64,000 bases of DNA from Candidatus Nomurabacteria bacterium (GTDB lineage: Bacteria > Patescibacteriota > Minisyncoccia > Phycocordibacterales > Phycocordibacteraceae). Below the pieces are notes generated by a model that was not told where the DNA came from, ran no database searches, and saw only the letters and a program-made list of their open reading frames with translations. Where the stretch lies: the NCBI GenBank assembly GCA_943353835.1, contig CALRBA010000001.1, positions 17,497 through 81,496 on the forward strand, in the 5' to 3' direction. The position numbers were made by a program, and so were the translations under genes. Below are positions 1 through 9,204 of this stretch, in pieces (the first letter of the stretch is position 1; each line of letters begins with the position of its first letter).

Positions 1-1609
1 GATACGTTTGGACGCGCCAATCGCCTTCACGCTCCCCGAGCGCGTGTGGAGGGAGAATGTGGATATACGAAAAATATTATCCATGTGTGACGGGTTCGGC
101 TTTAGAACGCTAAAAGAAAGAATCAAAATAGTTTTTAATAGCAAATCAGCCCCGACGTCAGAAGTCGGGGCTCCGACCGAAAGCGTCGGAGAAGAAAAAG
201 TAGATATTGTCCGACTCGCCGAGGCGAAGGCGATGCTCTGGCTCATCTCATCAGAATTCACGAATCCGTCGCTTGACGACATTCTCGCTTTCACTAAAGA
301 AAGGACTTTTGACGCCGCTTTCACGACTCTAGAGAAACAATTAAATGGACTCGGCAGAGTGAGAGACGTGTATGAGCAGATAGAGAAGCCACTTATACCG
401 GTTATAGAGAAAATGGGAGAGAGGGGAGTTCTCATAGACACAAAAATTCTATCAGGTCTCGCGAAGAAGTATCGTGCCGAGCTAAAGGATATTGAAAAGA
501 GTATTTATAAAAAGGTTGGACATGAATTTAATGTGAGCTCGCCAAAACAACTCGGCGAAGTGCTTTTTGACGAGCTGAAGATTGTTCCTGATAGAATGAA
601 GAAAACTGCTGGTGGACAACGCTCTACTCGCGAGAGTGAACTGGAGAAAATGCGTGATATGCATCCGATTATTGCCGATATTCTTGAATACCGAGAATTG
701 AAAAAATTACTCTCCACTTATATTGATAATCTACCCGTTATGCTTGATGTCGAGAATCGTCTCCATGCCGAATTTATTCAGACAGGCACTGTGACCGGCC
801 GTATGTCTTCACAGAATCCCAATCTTCAAAACATTCCACTGCGTAGCGAGCGCGGACGCGCGATACGCCACGCCTTCGTAGCATCAAATGGGTTCACACT
901 CGTCGGGCTGGACTATTCTCAAATAGAGCTTCGTCTCGCGGCAATACTCTCTGGCGACAAGAAGCTCTGTGACATATTTAAAAATGGGAGAGATGTACAC
1001 ACCGAGGTCGCGGCACAAGTCTTTGGGGTTGCTCCTGAAAAAGTTGATGCGGAGATGCGGCGCAGAGCAAAGATAATTAATTTTGGAATTCTGTATGGAA
1101 TGGGCGTCAATGCGCTCCGCGCACAGCTCGGAAGCACAACCGCCGAAGCCTACCAGTTCTTAGAAGAATATTTTTCTACGTTTAAAACACTTTCAGAATA
1201 TCTGGAGAGTACCAGAGGATTTGCAAGAAAAAATGGATATACAGAAACTTTGTTCGGGAGACGCAGACAATTCCCCGATATGAAATCGTCGCTCCCGTAT
1301 GTACGAGCACAAGCCGAGCGCATGGCGATTAATGCACCGATACAGGGCACGCAGGCGGACATCATCAAGCTCGCGATGGTGCGCGTGGACGAAATGCTGG
1401 CGAAAGAAAATGCCAATACAGATGCATATTTGCTACTGCAAGTACACGATGAATTGGTATATGAGATTTGCACCGAGCGTGTTGGCGAACTCGCGCCGAA
1501 AATACGCGCGATTATGGAGTCTGTTCTGGCGAACGATGACACGCGCGGCGTTCCCATCGTCGCGACGATGAAACAGGGTAACGATTGGGGCGCCATGGTT
1601 CCATTATGA
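1..1609 (+). CDS. polA: DNA polymerase I, C-terminal part (starts upstream of window)
   Basis: Family A motifs TGRMSSQNPNLQNIP, DYSQIELR, RRRAKIINFGILYG, LQVHDEL; reading frame is open from the window start. Confidence 0.97.
   Translation, partial: IRLDAPIAFTLPERVWRENVDIRKILSMCDGFGFRTLKERIKIVFNSKSAPTSEVGAPTESVGEEKVDIVRLAEAKAMLWLISSEFTNPSLDDILAFTKERTFDAAFTTLEKQLNGLGRVRDVYEQIEKPLIPVIEKMGERGVLIDTKILSGLAKKYRAELKDIEKSIYKKVGHEFNVSSPKQLGEVLFDELKIVPDRMKKTAGGQRSTRESELEKMRDMHPIIADILEYRELKKLLSTYIDNLPVMLDVENRLHAEFIQTGTVTGRMSSQNPNLQNIPLRSERGRAIRHAFVASNGFTLVGLDYSQIELRLAAILSGDKKLCDIFKNGRDVHTEVAAQVFGVAPEKVDAEMRRRAKIINFGILYGMGVNALRAQLGSTTAEAYQFLEEYFSTFKTLSEYLESTRGFARKNGYTETLFGRRRQFPDMKSSLPYVRAQAERMAINAPIQGTQADIIKLAMVRVDEMLAKENANTDAYLLLQVHDELVYEICTERVGELAPKIRAIMESVLANDDTRGVPIVATMKQGNDWGAMVPL
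148..191. repeat. Double-hairpin palindromic element, in-frame in polA (APTSEVGAPTESVG)
   Basis: AGCCCCGAC-N7-GTCGGGGCT and CTCCGAC-N7-GTCGGAG; second copy at 11488-11530. Confidence 0.93.
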
Positions 1610-2259
1610 TTTATCTCTTCCATGGTTCTGATGTGGAGAAAACGCGAACAAAAGCGTTTGAATGGGTCGCAAAAGCTAGAGCGAAAGAGCCGAACCTCGC
1701 CTATGTGCGCCTCGCGAGTGAGGAGCTCACGAGCGCGGCGCTAGAGGACGCTGCGCTTTCTGGCGGGTTGTTTGTAAAACGACTTTTGATACTTATTGAC
1801 GATCCATTTCAGGAGGAAATTTCCGGAGACCTTCTTGAAGAACATCTGTCTGCACTCGCAGACTCTGATAACGCCATTATTATTCTCACTCCGAAACTCA
1901 CGGCAGTAAAAGTAAAAAAGATTTCGGTGAAAGCGAAGATGGTGTACACCTATGACAAACCACCAGCGCTTGAGGACAAGCGAGGGTTTAATAGAAATTT
2001 AGTGGATGCACTCGGCGCACGCAATCGCGAGAAACTCTGGCTAGAGATTAATCGCGCACTTCGTGACGGCGACGCGACGGAGATGCTTCACGGCCTCCTT
2101 CACTGGAAAGCTCGTGATATGATGTCCAACGGAAGTCGTGTATGGACGCCACAAGAATCCCGCGCGCTCTCGCTCTCACTTATATCTCTCCTCCAATCCT
2201 CCCGCCGCGGCGGTATGAATTTGTCCCTTTCGTTAGAGAAGTTTGCACTCTCAATATAA
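1606..2259 (+). CDS. holA: DNA polymerase III delta subunit-like protein
   Basis: MIYLFHGSD N-terminus and GGLF motif typical of HolA; ATGA overlap with polA stop; shorter than usual. Confidence 0.7.
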   Translation: MIYLFHGSDVEKTRTKAFEWVAKARAKEPNLAYVRLASEELTSAALEDAALSGGLFVKRLLILIDDPFQEEISGDLLEEHLSALADSDNAIIILTPKLTAVKVKKISVKAKMVYTYDKPPALEDKRGFNRNLVDALGARNREKLWLEINRALRDGDATEMLHGLLHWKARDMMSNGSRVWTPQESRALSLSLISLLQSSRRGGMNLSLSLEKFALSI

Positions 2260-2264
2260 ATTTG

Positions 2265-2337
2265 TGCGCCCGGTTGGAATCGGACCAACGACCTTGTCCT
2301 TAAAAGGGACCTGCTCTACCAACTGAGCTACGGGCGC
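2265..2337 (-). tRNA. tRNA-Lys(TTT)
   Basis: Reverse complement GCGCCCGTAGCTCAGTTGGTAGAGCAGGTCCCTTTTAAGGAC...GGTCCGATTCC...GGGCGCA folds as a cloverleaf; anticodon TTT. Confidence 0.95.
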
Positions 2338-2464
2338 GAGCGAGGATGAGAAAATAGAGTTTACTCATATTTTCTCACTCCGAGCGAGCGCACAGTATGG
2401 TACCCCATACGGGCGCGAAGGGCTCTCCTCGTTTTTATAATCTACTCTTTTTTGCTCTTTTTTT

Positions 2465-3424
2465 CTAGTAGCTAAACGCATCTACCGTTTTACCGCTTGA
2501 ATCCAACAACTTCACGATTTCATATTTGGTGCGCCACAAGGGAGTTGTCCTTCCGAGATATATGCGCCACACATCGCCCTTGAAGTTGGAATCATTTTTG
2601 TGCGCCGTGACGCACCCGTTGTAGTTAAGATATTGAATCATGAAATTCTGGCACGCATTAGAAGCGGTGACGGGAGGAGATAATGCCACCTGACAACGTG
2701 ATATCTTATTCACATATTCAATGCACGAAGAATCGCGAATGTATCCGACACCGTAATAATTGGAAAGTTCATCAGACGGCACCGGACAGTTCTGCGGTAG
2801 AGGCGGATAAAATTGTTGGAATGTGCTGAAATAACCTATACATTTATTTTCCCTAAATGAGGCGCCGATAGGCGAACTTCCTGATACAAGAATCGCGCGC
2901 TTACCGGGAGTGATTACGATATCTTGAGACGCATTAACGATTCCAGATATCGGCACTTCCGTTCCTTTGGGTATCGTTATGGCACTTCCTGTTACATCGC
3001 TCGCTAGAGTCCAGCCTGATACGTTGACCGGAGCGCCGGCGTCCTGCGCCACATAGAGTTCTATGTATTCGTTCTTCGGGTCTGATGAACCGGCACCTGA
3101 AACGTAGCGATTCATTCTGACTATTCCACGGTATACAGAAGGCTGTCCGAATACACCACCGGTAATAATTGGAGTCGGCTGATTATTTGCATTGTTGCCA
3201 GTAACGTTGGAACCGTTTGATGAACCCGACAGAACGACGACTGAATCGCCGACGCTGAATGGCGCTCTTGGAAGTTGGAGGTATGTCCCTCCTCCGAGTA
3301 CTCCTGGCAGTGCGAGCCTCGGGCCGGTAAACGCGACAGGATGAAGAGGACCGCCTGTAGATATCCAGATAAGAAATATGAATACGAAAACACCTATAAA
3401 AAACCATGCATCGTGCATTTCCAT
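2465..3424 (-). CDS. Membrane-anchored protein with lamin-tail-domain-like region
   Basis: N-terminal TM helix; NEYIELY...VNVSGWTL and KLLDSSGKTVD resemble LTD motifs; Cys-rich insert. Confidence 0.7.
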   Translation of the reverse strand: MEMHDAWFFIGVFVFIFLIWISTGGPLHPVAFTGPRLALPGVLGGGTYLQLPRAPFSVGDSVVVLSGSSNGSNVTGNNANNQPTPIITGGVFGQPSVYRGIVRMNRYVSGAGSSDPKNEYIELYVAQDAGAPVNVSGWTLASDVTGSAITIPKGTEVPISGIVNASQDIVITPGKRAILVSGSSPIGASFRENKCIGYFSTFQQFYPPLPQNCPVPSDELSNYYGVGYIRDSSCIEYVNKISRCQVALSPPVTASNACQNFMIQYLNYNGCVTAHKNDSNFKGDVWRIYLGRTTPLWRTKYEIVKLLDSSGKTVDAFSY

Positions 3425-3442
3425 AGAGATATAGTAACAAAC

Positions 3443-3988
3443 TTAGTGGCCGGACGAGAGAGCAGCTTTGAGTCTTGCCTCTTTTCCGACTGCACTGTCA
3501 GGGATAGCCTGCAGAGCCTTTCTCGCCTCGCGTTCTGTATAACCGAGCGCGACGAGTGTGTCAAACACTTCACCGTCTTCTCTCGAGTGTGAATGAGGAC
3601 CAATCTTGTCTGCGAGCTCCACGAGCATCTTCTCGGCGCTCTTCTTACCAAGCCCGACAACCTTGGTTAGATACGCCAGGTCGCGCGTTCCGATAGCTCC
3701 TTCGAGCGCCTCGCGAGGCGCTCGGCGCAATACTGAAAGAGCCGTCTTCGGGCCGACTCCAGACACAGACAGTATAAGCTCAAAGAAATCACGGTCGGCT
3801 GGATCGGAGAATCCATACAGTTCAAGACCATCCTGCTTCAGCGCCAGATGCGTCGCGAGGCTCGCCTCGCTCCCGACGGCGAGCATCTGAGGAGAACTCA
3901 TCCGCACCTCAATACCGAAGCCGGCGACCTCTATAACGGCGCTTACCAGCCCTATATTAAGCACCTTCCCGCGTATCTGCCGAATCAT
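3443..3988 (-). CDS. ruvA: Holliday junction branch migration protein RuvA
   Basis: MIRQIRG start, LYGF, VSGVGPK, GLGKKSAEK, LVALGY; start reassigned to 3988. Confidence 0.95.
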   Translation of the reverse strand: MIRQIRGKVLNIGLVSAVIEVAGFGIEVRMSSPQMLAVGSEASLATHLALKQDGLELYGFSDPADRDFFELILSVSGVGPKTALSVLRRAPREALEGAIGTRDLAYLTKVVGLGKKSAEKMLVELADKIGPHSHSREDGEVFDTLVALGYTEREARKALQAIPDSAVGKEARLKAALSSGH

Positions 3989-4055
3989 GCTTACATAATA
4001 CATCCATTTGCATTTATTACTTAAACCTTGTAACTTACTGCTACAACCTAATTTT

Positions 4056-4325
4056 ATGGCTATCACCAGCTCGGCAAAGAAAGCGATTCGCTCATCGGCG
4101 AAGAAACATATCTTTAACATTCGCCGTAAAGAGGCTTTGACTAACGCGACTAAGTCGCTTCTAAAAGCTCTCTCCAAAAAAGATGTTTCAGGAGCCGAGA
4201 AACTTCTACCGACAGCCTACAAGGCGATAGACAAGGCGATGAAGCGCGGTGTTATTAAGAAAAACACGGCAGCCAACAAGAAGTCCCGCCTCGCTCTCGC
4301 CATCAAACGCGCGAAAGCGAAGTAG
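4056..4325 (+). CDS. rpsT: 30S ribosomal protein S20
   Basis: SSAKKAIR...AIDKAMKRGVIKKNTAANKKSRL. Confidence 0.97.
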   Translation: MAITSSAKKAIRSSAKKHIFNIRRKEALTNATKSLLKALSKKDVSGAEKLLPTAYKAIDKAMKRGVIKKNTAANKKSRLALAIKRAKAK

Positions 4326-4356
4326 CTTGCACCGAGCAAGTCTGCGAGTCGAAGTG

Positions 4357-4428
4357 TGCCCCCGGCCAGAATCGAACTGACATCGTCTCCTCCGCAAGGA
4401 GATGTCCTATCCATTGAACGACGGGGGC
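4357..4428 (-). tRNA. tRNA-Arg(GCG)
   Basis: Reverse complement GCCCCCGTCGTTCAATGGATAGGACATCTCC-TTGCGGA-GGAGA...GTTCGATTC...GGGGGCA. Confidence 0.93.
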
Positions 4429-4443
4429 AGTAGTGAATGTATA

Positions 4444-4917
4444 TCAGAACCCGAGCCACGCCGCCACCAGATCGTTGAAGGTATGGTGATGTTCATCCTC
4501 TTTCACGTAGTATAGGAAGTAATCGTACACTACGTCAACATCAACTCCGTTAAGAGGGATGATTAGATGCGGAGAGAACCAGCTCTCGGTCTTAATAGAG
4601 AGCATGGGAGATAATTCTCCTTTCACATCTTCCAGAACGGAGAAAGATATCATTCGTTCAAACGGATGCATATCGTCTCCTATCATTATGCCTTGTTCCA
4701 CGAGACGGAAGCGATGTACGGGAGGATGTTTAGATGCGTGAAGAGCGAATGCAGTTGTCGCAATAATAATAAGAACGGCGAGAAGATAATTGCCGAAGAG
4801 CACGGACGCGACCGTACCGGACACCGCGATGATACCAAGCGCCCAGTACCAGTCGGTACTCTTCGGATTATGGTCGTACTCTCTCCCTTCCCATTCTAAA
4901 ATAGAAGTGTTGAACAT
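4444..4917 (-). CDS. Conserved hypothetical membrane protein (2 TM plus PH-like C-terminus)
   Basis: 157-aa ORF with two hydrophobic helices; -10 box 6 nt upstream of ATG. Confidence 0.75.
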   Translation of the reverse strand: MFNTSILEWEGREYDHNPKSTDWYWALGIIAVSGTVASVLFGNYLLAVLIIIATTAFALHASKHPPVHRFRLVEQGIMIGDDMHPFERMISFSVLEDVKGELSPMLSIKTESWFSPHLIIPLNGVDVDVVYDYFLYYVKEDEHHHTFNDLVAAWLGF

Positions 4918-4936
4918 AGGAAAATGATAACACGGG

Positions 4937-5023
4937 CGGAAGGGGTGAGATTCGAACTCACGGTCCCCGTAAGGAGACTCCGGTTTTCAAGACCGGTGCA
5001 TTAGACCGCTCTGCCACCCTTCC
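4937..5023 (-). tRNA. tRNA-Ser(TGA)
   Basis: Reverse complement GGAAGGGTGGCAGAGCGG...CCGGTCTTGAAAACCGG, long variable arm, GTTCGAATC. Confidence 0.96.
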
Positions 5024-5027
5024 ATAA

Positions 5028-5303
5028 CTACTGCGCCGGTGATGAGACGTTCACAGGCGTTTCAGAAACGATGTTTCCGACGTTTTTCGGGCGGAACCAG
5101 ATAAGATACACGATTTCCAGAATGCCGAACGTGTTTATGACCAGAAGCGCTATGAACCAATTCTTCTGGCCGGCACGTGCGGCGGCCCAGAGAGAGTATC
5201 CTTTCAAAACTATTGTCCAAAGTACTAAGACTAGAATAATCGGGACAAAAATACTCATAAATCCCGGCGTGAACGGAGAATAGAATGGAGTGTATGCTTG
5301 CAT
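5028..5303 (-). CDS. Small membrane protein (DUF5652-like)
   Basis: LWTIVLKGYSLWAAAR...WFIALLVINTFGILEIVY pattern. Confidence 0.75.
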   Translation of the reverse strand: MQAYTPFYSPFTPGFMSIFVPIILVLVLWTIVLKGYSLWAAARAGQKNWFIALLVINTFGILEIVYLIWFRPKNVGNIVSETPVNVSSPAQ

Positions 5304-5333
5304 ATGTGCGAATCATACCACACACTTCTTATT

Positions 5334-5747
5334 ATGCGATATCTAGGCATTGATTATGGGAGTAAAAAAGTCGGCCTCGCCTTATCTGACGAAGCGGGAG
5401 TTATGGGATTCCCGCACGGAATAATAGCGAACACTCCTCGTCTCGCCGATGAGCTCTATGCGCTTATCGCTAAAGAAAATATCGGGGCGGTCGTTATTGG
5501 GGAATCACGCACTCTTAGTGGAGAAGAGAATGCGATAGCCAAGTATGCGAAGGCGCTCGGCTCTCTGATTACTGAACACACGGGAACGCCAGTTTTCTAC
5601 GAATCAGAGGTGTATACGAGTGCGGAGGCGCGCAGGGCTCCAGAAAAAGAAATAAAATCACGCGCCGCGAAGCGGCGCGTGGATGTTGATGCTTCTGCTG
5701 CCGCACTCATCCTTACCAGCTACCTCTCACACGCCAATCATGGATAA
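5334..5747 (+). CDS. ruvX: YqgF/RuvX family nuclease
   Basis: MRYLGIDYGSKKVGLALSD, VDASAAALIL. Confidence 0.93.
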   Translation: MRYLGIDYGSKKVGLALSDEAGVMGFPHGIIANTPRLADELYALIAKENIGAVVIGESRTLSGEENAIAKYAKALGSLITEHTGTPVFYESEVYTSAEARRAPEKEIKSRAAKRRVDVDASAAALILTSYLSHANHG

Positions 5748-6081
5748 ATCGCGCATAACAATTGACGAGTTTAGTAAAATAGAAGTGAAGGTCGGCACAG
5801 TACGCCTTGCCGAACGCGTACCAGAGACCGACAAACTCTTTCGGCTTCTGGTCGATTTTAGTGAAGAAAGTGGCCCTCGTCAGATTGTTTCCGGTATCGC
5901 AATGTACGTATCTGAACCGGAATCATTGGTGGGTCGACAATTTGCATTTGTGACGAATCTTGAACCACGCACAATACGCGGACTTGAAAGCAATGGAATG
6001 CTTTTTGCTGTTGGGTCCGGAGACACCTTCGCGTTTCTTACTCCCGATAGAGACGTCCCGTCTGGTACTAGTGCACACTAG
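5740..6081 (+). CDS. Free-standing tRNA-binding OB domain (Trbp111/CsaA/MetRS C-terminal-like)
   Basis: ITIDEF, DKLFRL, RQIVSGI, NLEPRTIRGLESNGML. Confidence 0.9.
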   Translation: MDKSRITIDEFSKIEVKVGTVRLAERVPETDKLFRLLVDFSEESGPRQIVSGIAMYVSEPESLVGRQFAFVTNLEPRTIRGLESNGMLFAVGSGDTFAFLTPDRDVPSGTSAH

Positions 6082-6119
6082 CGCGCGCGAACGCTCCGCG
6101 CCCGCGCTATAATTGATCT

Positions 6120-7217
6120 ATGACCTTCGTTCTTCGCGAACACATTCGTGCGGCCTTCGCTCCACCGAAATATCTTGCTCCCACTTTCGCTGGTATTGAC
6201 CTCTCAACAAGCGGAGTCAAGGCTGTGCATCTTATAGAAGGTACCCACGGTCTTACTCTCGCCGGATATTCTGAGATGCGTCTGCCTTCTGGAGCATTTG
6301 CCGATGGTGAAGTAGTTGACCATTCGGCGGTTATGGAGACACTTTCAAATGCTGCTAAATCTGCAGGCATTTCATCCGCTAATGTTGCTCTACCGGAATC
6401 AAAGTCCTATTTATTTGAGACAGTGGTTCCAGGAAAAAAGAAAGACGAATGGCGTATAGCGGTTGAACAGCATCTGGACGAGTTCGTTCCATTGCCTCCG
6501 CCTGACACAGTGTTTGATGTTATAAAAGTAGGTCAAGAAGAGAATGGTGGGGCTCTCGTTACAGGTGTCGGCTTCGCTCGTAGAATCGTTGATGAAACAC
6601 TTTCGGTTTTTGACGATGCCGGAATTAGGGTTCAATCTTTAGAAAGTGAAACATTCGCGTCGTCACGGGCTCTTCTTCCTTATGGAGATGAATCCACTTC
6701 TCTAATTATTGACGTCGGTAGGGCTACAACGAAGATATCAATAGTCTCAAAATGTGTTCCGCGATTTGCTACGACGATTGGTTTCGGCGGGCATTCTCTT
6801 ACTCTCGCCGTGCAGAAACATTTCGGTGTGACCGAAGCCGAGGCGCGTAAGATAAAGTACGAGCGCGGTATTGTACTCGGACCCGGAAACGAAGATTATC
6901 TGTCAGCGATGCTTTCAACAGTGTCCGCTATTCGTGACGAGATTTCCACAAGGCTTGAATATTGGCAGGAGAAGGCTAGAACCTCCAAAATGCATGTACC
7001 AGTGACGCACGCTATTCTTGTCGGTGGGAATGCATCTGTGCGTGGATTTACGGAATATCTGGAGGGGGTTCTTAAAATACCGGTTGTTTCTGGAGACGTG
7101 TTCACTAATCTCGCTTCACGCGATGATTGGATTCCAACGCTTGATTACACCGAGTCTCTCGCATATGCGACCGCAATCGGTCTCGCTTTACGCGATGATA
7201 TACAGCCTTATGAATAA
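6120..7217 (+). CDS. pilM: Type IV pilus assembly protein PilM
   Basis: Actin-like fold motifs GIDLS, IIDVGRATT, GGHSLT, LVGGNA, C-terminal AIGLALR. Confidence 0.9.
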   Translation: MTFVLREHIRAAFAPPKYLAPTFAGIDLSTSGVKAVHLIEGTHGLTLAGYSEMRLPSGAFADGEVVDHSAVMETLSNAAKSAGISSANVALPESKSYLFETVVPGKKKDEWRIAVEQHLDEFVPLPPPDTVFDVIKVGQEENGGALVTGVGFARRIVDETLSVFDDAGIRVQSLESETFASSRALLPYGDESTSLIIDVGRATTKISIVSKCVPRFATTIGFGGHSLTLAVQKHFGVTEAEARKIKYERGIVLGPGNEDYLSAMLSTVSAIRDEISTRLEYWQEKARTSKMHVPVTHAILVGGNASVRGFTEYLEGVLKIPVVSGDVFTNLASRDDWIPTLDYTESLAYATAIGLALRDDIQPYE

Positions 7218-7764
7218 CGAACCTACAAATCTTCTTCCGCCGGAAAGACAAAGAACTCTATCCATAGATTATATTCTTCGCGTAGGAGTCATAATTGCCG
7301 TACTCGCGACCGCCTTGACTCTTTCATCATCGGTTCTATTAATTCCCACATACGTTTTTTTAAGCGGGAATGTAAGTGCAAAGAAAGTAAATCTCGCCAG
7401 CATAGAATCCTCTCTTTCTTCTGCAGATGAGATAGCTCTTTCAAATCGCCTGACTGCGCTTTCAGAAAATGCGGCGTCTCTCTCGGCTCTTTCAAACGTT
7501 CAGTCGGTTAGCGCAACGGTTCGTGAAATACTCTCCGTATCGCGCCCGGGGATTACTATCTCGGGAATTTCGTACACACCACATACGGAAAATAAGCCTG
7601 GAACGGTGATTATTTCCGGCTCGTCCGCAACGCGCGACTCACTGCGCGGTTATCAACTCGCATTGCAGGAGGTTCAATTTATACGTTCCGTCGTTTTACC
7701 GGTGTCTGCATATGCAAAGGACAGCGATATTGCATTCACAATTACAGTAACACTCGCGCCATGA
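7210..7764 (+). CDS. PilN-like protein
   Basis: N-terminal NLLP motif plus TM helix and coiled coil, directly after pilM. Confidence 0.75.
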   Translation: MNNEPTNLLPPERQRTLSIDYILRVGVIIAVLATALTLSSSVLLIPTYVFLSGNVSAKKVNLASIESSLSSADEIALSNRLTALSENAASLSALSNVQSVSATVREILSVSRPGITISGISYTPHTENKPGTVIISGSSATRDSLRGYQLALQEVQFIRSVVLPVSAYAKDSDIAFTITVTLAP

Positions 7765-8327
7765 AATCCTCCGTCATTCATATGAGTATATGGGTTTCTA
7801 TATGTGTCGCGACTATCGTCGGACATGGATTTTGGTATGCCGTTATTTCAGAGAAGAGCGCTGAAGTGGCTAGTCTGCAGAATCAAATTGATACTAAGAC
7901 GGAAACGGCAGGTAGAGTCGCTGCCGCGCGGACGGCATTGAGTGAAATTGAGGGTAATGAATCGGAGATTCGAAATTATTTCGTACCGGAAACAGAGGTC
8001 GTATCGTTCATAGACGATATTGAAGGTCGCGCACTTACTCAGAAGACAACTATGAAGGTTCTTTCCGTGTCCGTGAATAATTCTTCAAAACAAACGTCTC
8101 TTGTCCTATCTCTCGTTGTTGGAGGAACATTTGACGCAGTTATGCGTACGGTCGGAGCAATTGAATTCGCTCCATACGATTTATCAATATCAAAACTTTC
8201 CATCAGGAATGAAGAAAAGAATGTATGGAAAGCACATTTTGAAATTGTCGTCGGTTCGATACCTGCAAGTACGGAACCAAGTACAAAGGCCGTTGAACAG
8301 AAAACGGTTTCTTTTATCTTTCCATGA
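7761..8327 (+). CDS. PilO-like protein
   Basis: TM, coiled coil and ferredoxin-like pattern (GTFDAVMRTVGAIE); third gene of the cluster. Confidence 0.7.
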   Translation: MKSSVIHMSIWVSICVATIVGHGFWYAVISEKSAEVASLQNQIDTKTETAGRVAAARTALSEIEGNESEIRNYFVPETEVVSFIDDIEGRALTQKTTMKVLSVSVNNSSKQTSLVLSLVVGGTFDAVMRTVGAIEFAPYDLSISKLSIRNEEKNVWKAHFEIVVGSIPASTEPSTKAVEQKTVSFIFP

Positions 8328-8632
8328 ATACCAATAACTCAATTCGTGCATTCTTGAACCGCATACATTCCGCGATGCATATAGATCCGGTACGCGACTG
8401 GCTGATACTACTCACTCTCTCTATACTCGCGTTTATCAGCATAGTCGTATGGAATGTGTTGGCATTTGATACCGTCGCGCGCGGAGGAGTCATCGGCACG
8501 GCCGTAACAAGTACAGAACCCGTATTTAACAGCTCATCTCTTGACGTGATTCATTCGGTATTCTCAAAGCGCGTTACCGAAGAGTCTAAGTATGTGACCG
8601 GTGTATACCGTTACGCCGACCCTTCGCAATAA
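8324..8632 (+). CDS. Small membrane protein of the pilMNO cluster
   Basis: ATGA overlap with previous gene; single TM helix. Confidence 0.7.
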   Translation: MNTNNSIRAFLNRIHSAMHIDPVRDWLILLTLSILAFISIVVWNVLAFDTVARGGVIGTAVTSTEPVFNSSSLDVIHSVFSKRVTEESKYVTGVYRYADPSQ

Positions 8633-8664
8633 GCAATATATAAGATAATGTAAAAGAGTGTTTC

Positions 8665-8736
8665 GCCCCCATAGCTTAATGGATAAAGTAGCGGACTTCT
8701 AAGCCGTTGATGTTGGTTCGATTCCAGCTGGGGGCA
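8665..8736 (+). tRNA. tRNA-Arg(TCT)
   Basis: GCCCCCATAGCTTAATGGATAAAG...CTTCTAA...GGTTCGATTCC...GGGGGCA. Confidence 0.93.
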
Positions 8737-8785
8737 CACTTCGACTCGCAGACTCGCTCAGTGTAAACTGAAAAGCGAGTGGGGA

Positions 8786-8866
8786 GGGCACGTGGCGGAA
8801 CGGTATACGCGTACGACTCAGAATCGTATGGGGCAACCCTTGAGAGTTCAAATCTCTCCGTGCCCA
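8786..8866 (+). tRNA. tRNA-Leu(CAG)
   Basis: GGGCACGTGGCGGAACGG...TACGA-CTCAGAA-TCGTA, variable arm, GTTCAAATC. Confidence 0.95.
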
Positions 8867-9199
8867 CTAGTGCGTTAGTGTTAAAAATAATCCTTTCAGG
8901 ATTTCTCGCAGCTCTTCTCCAGAAATACGTCCAATATTTTTCGTGAGTCGCTTTTTGGACAAAGCGCGAATTTGAAATGGTATCGCTTCCGAATTTTTTG
9001 TTAGTCCGTTTGTTTTATTTGCAAGCAACATAACGCAGGTTGGATACGATTTTACTTTAGAAGTGACGGGGACAACGACGACAATTGGTAGCGTGTCATT
9101 AAGAGTATCGCCGGAAACAATCACAACTGGTCTTTTACCAGACTGCTCGGACCCTTTAGTAGGATTAAGATTAGCAAACCATATTTCGCCTTGGCGCAT
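8867..9199 (-). CDS. mazF: PemK/MazF family toxin
   Basis: GEIWFANLNPTKGSEQSGKRPVVIVS, VVPVTS, QIRALSKKRL. Confidence 0.93.
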   Translation of the reverse strand: MRQGEIWFANLNPTKGSEQSGKRPVVIVSGDTLNDTLPIVVVVPVTSKVKSYPTCVMLLANKTNGLTKNSEAIPFQIRALSKKRLTKNIGRISGEELREILKGLFLTLTH

Positions 9200-9204
9200 C
9201 TTTA

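Noticed and set aside
3989-4177. N-terminal extension of the ruvA ORF
   Set aside because: Antisense to rpsT; the RuvA-like start and a -10 box are at 3988.
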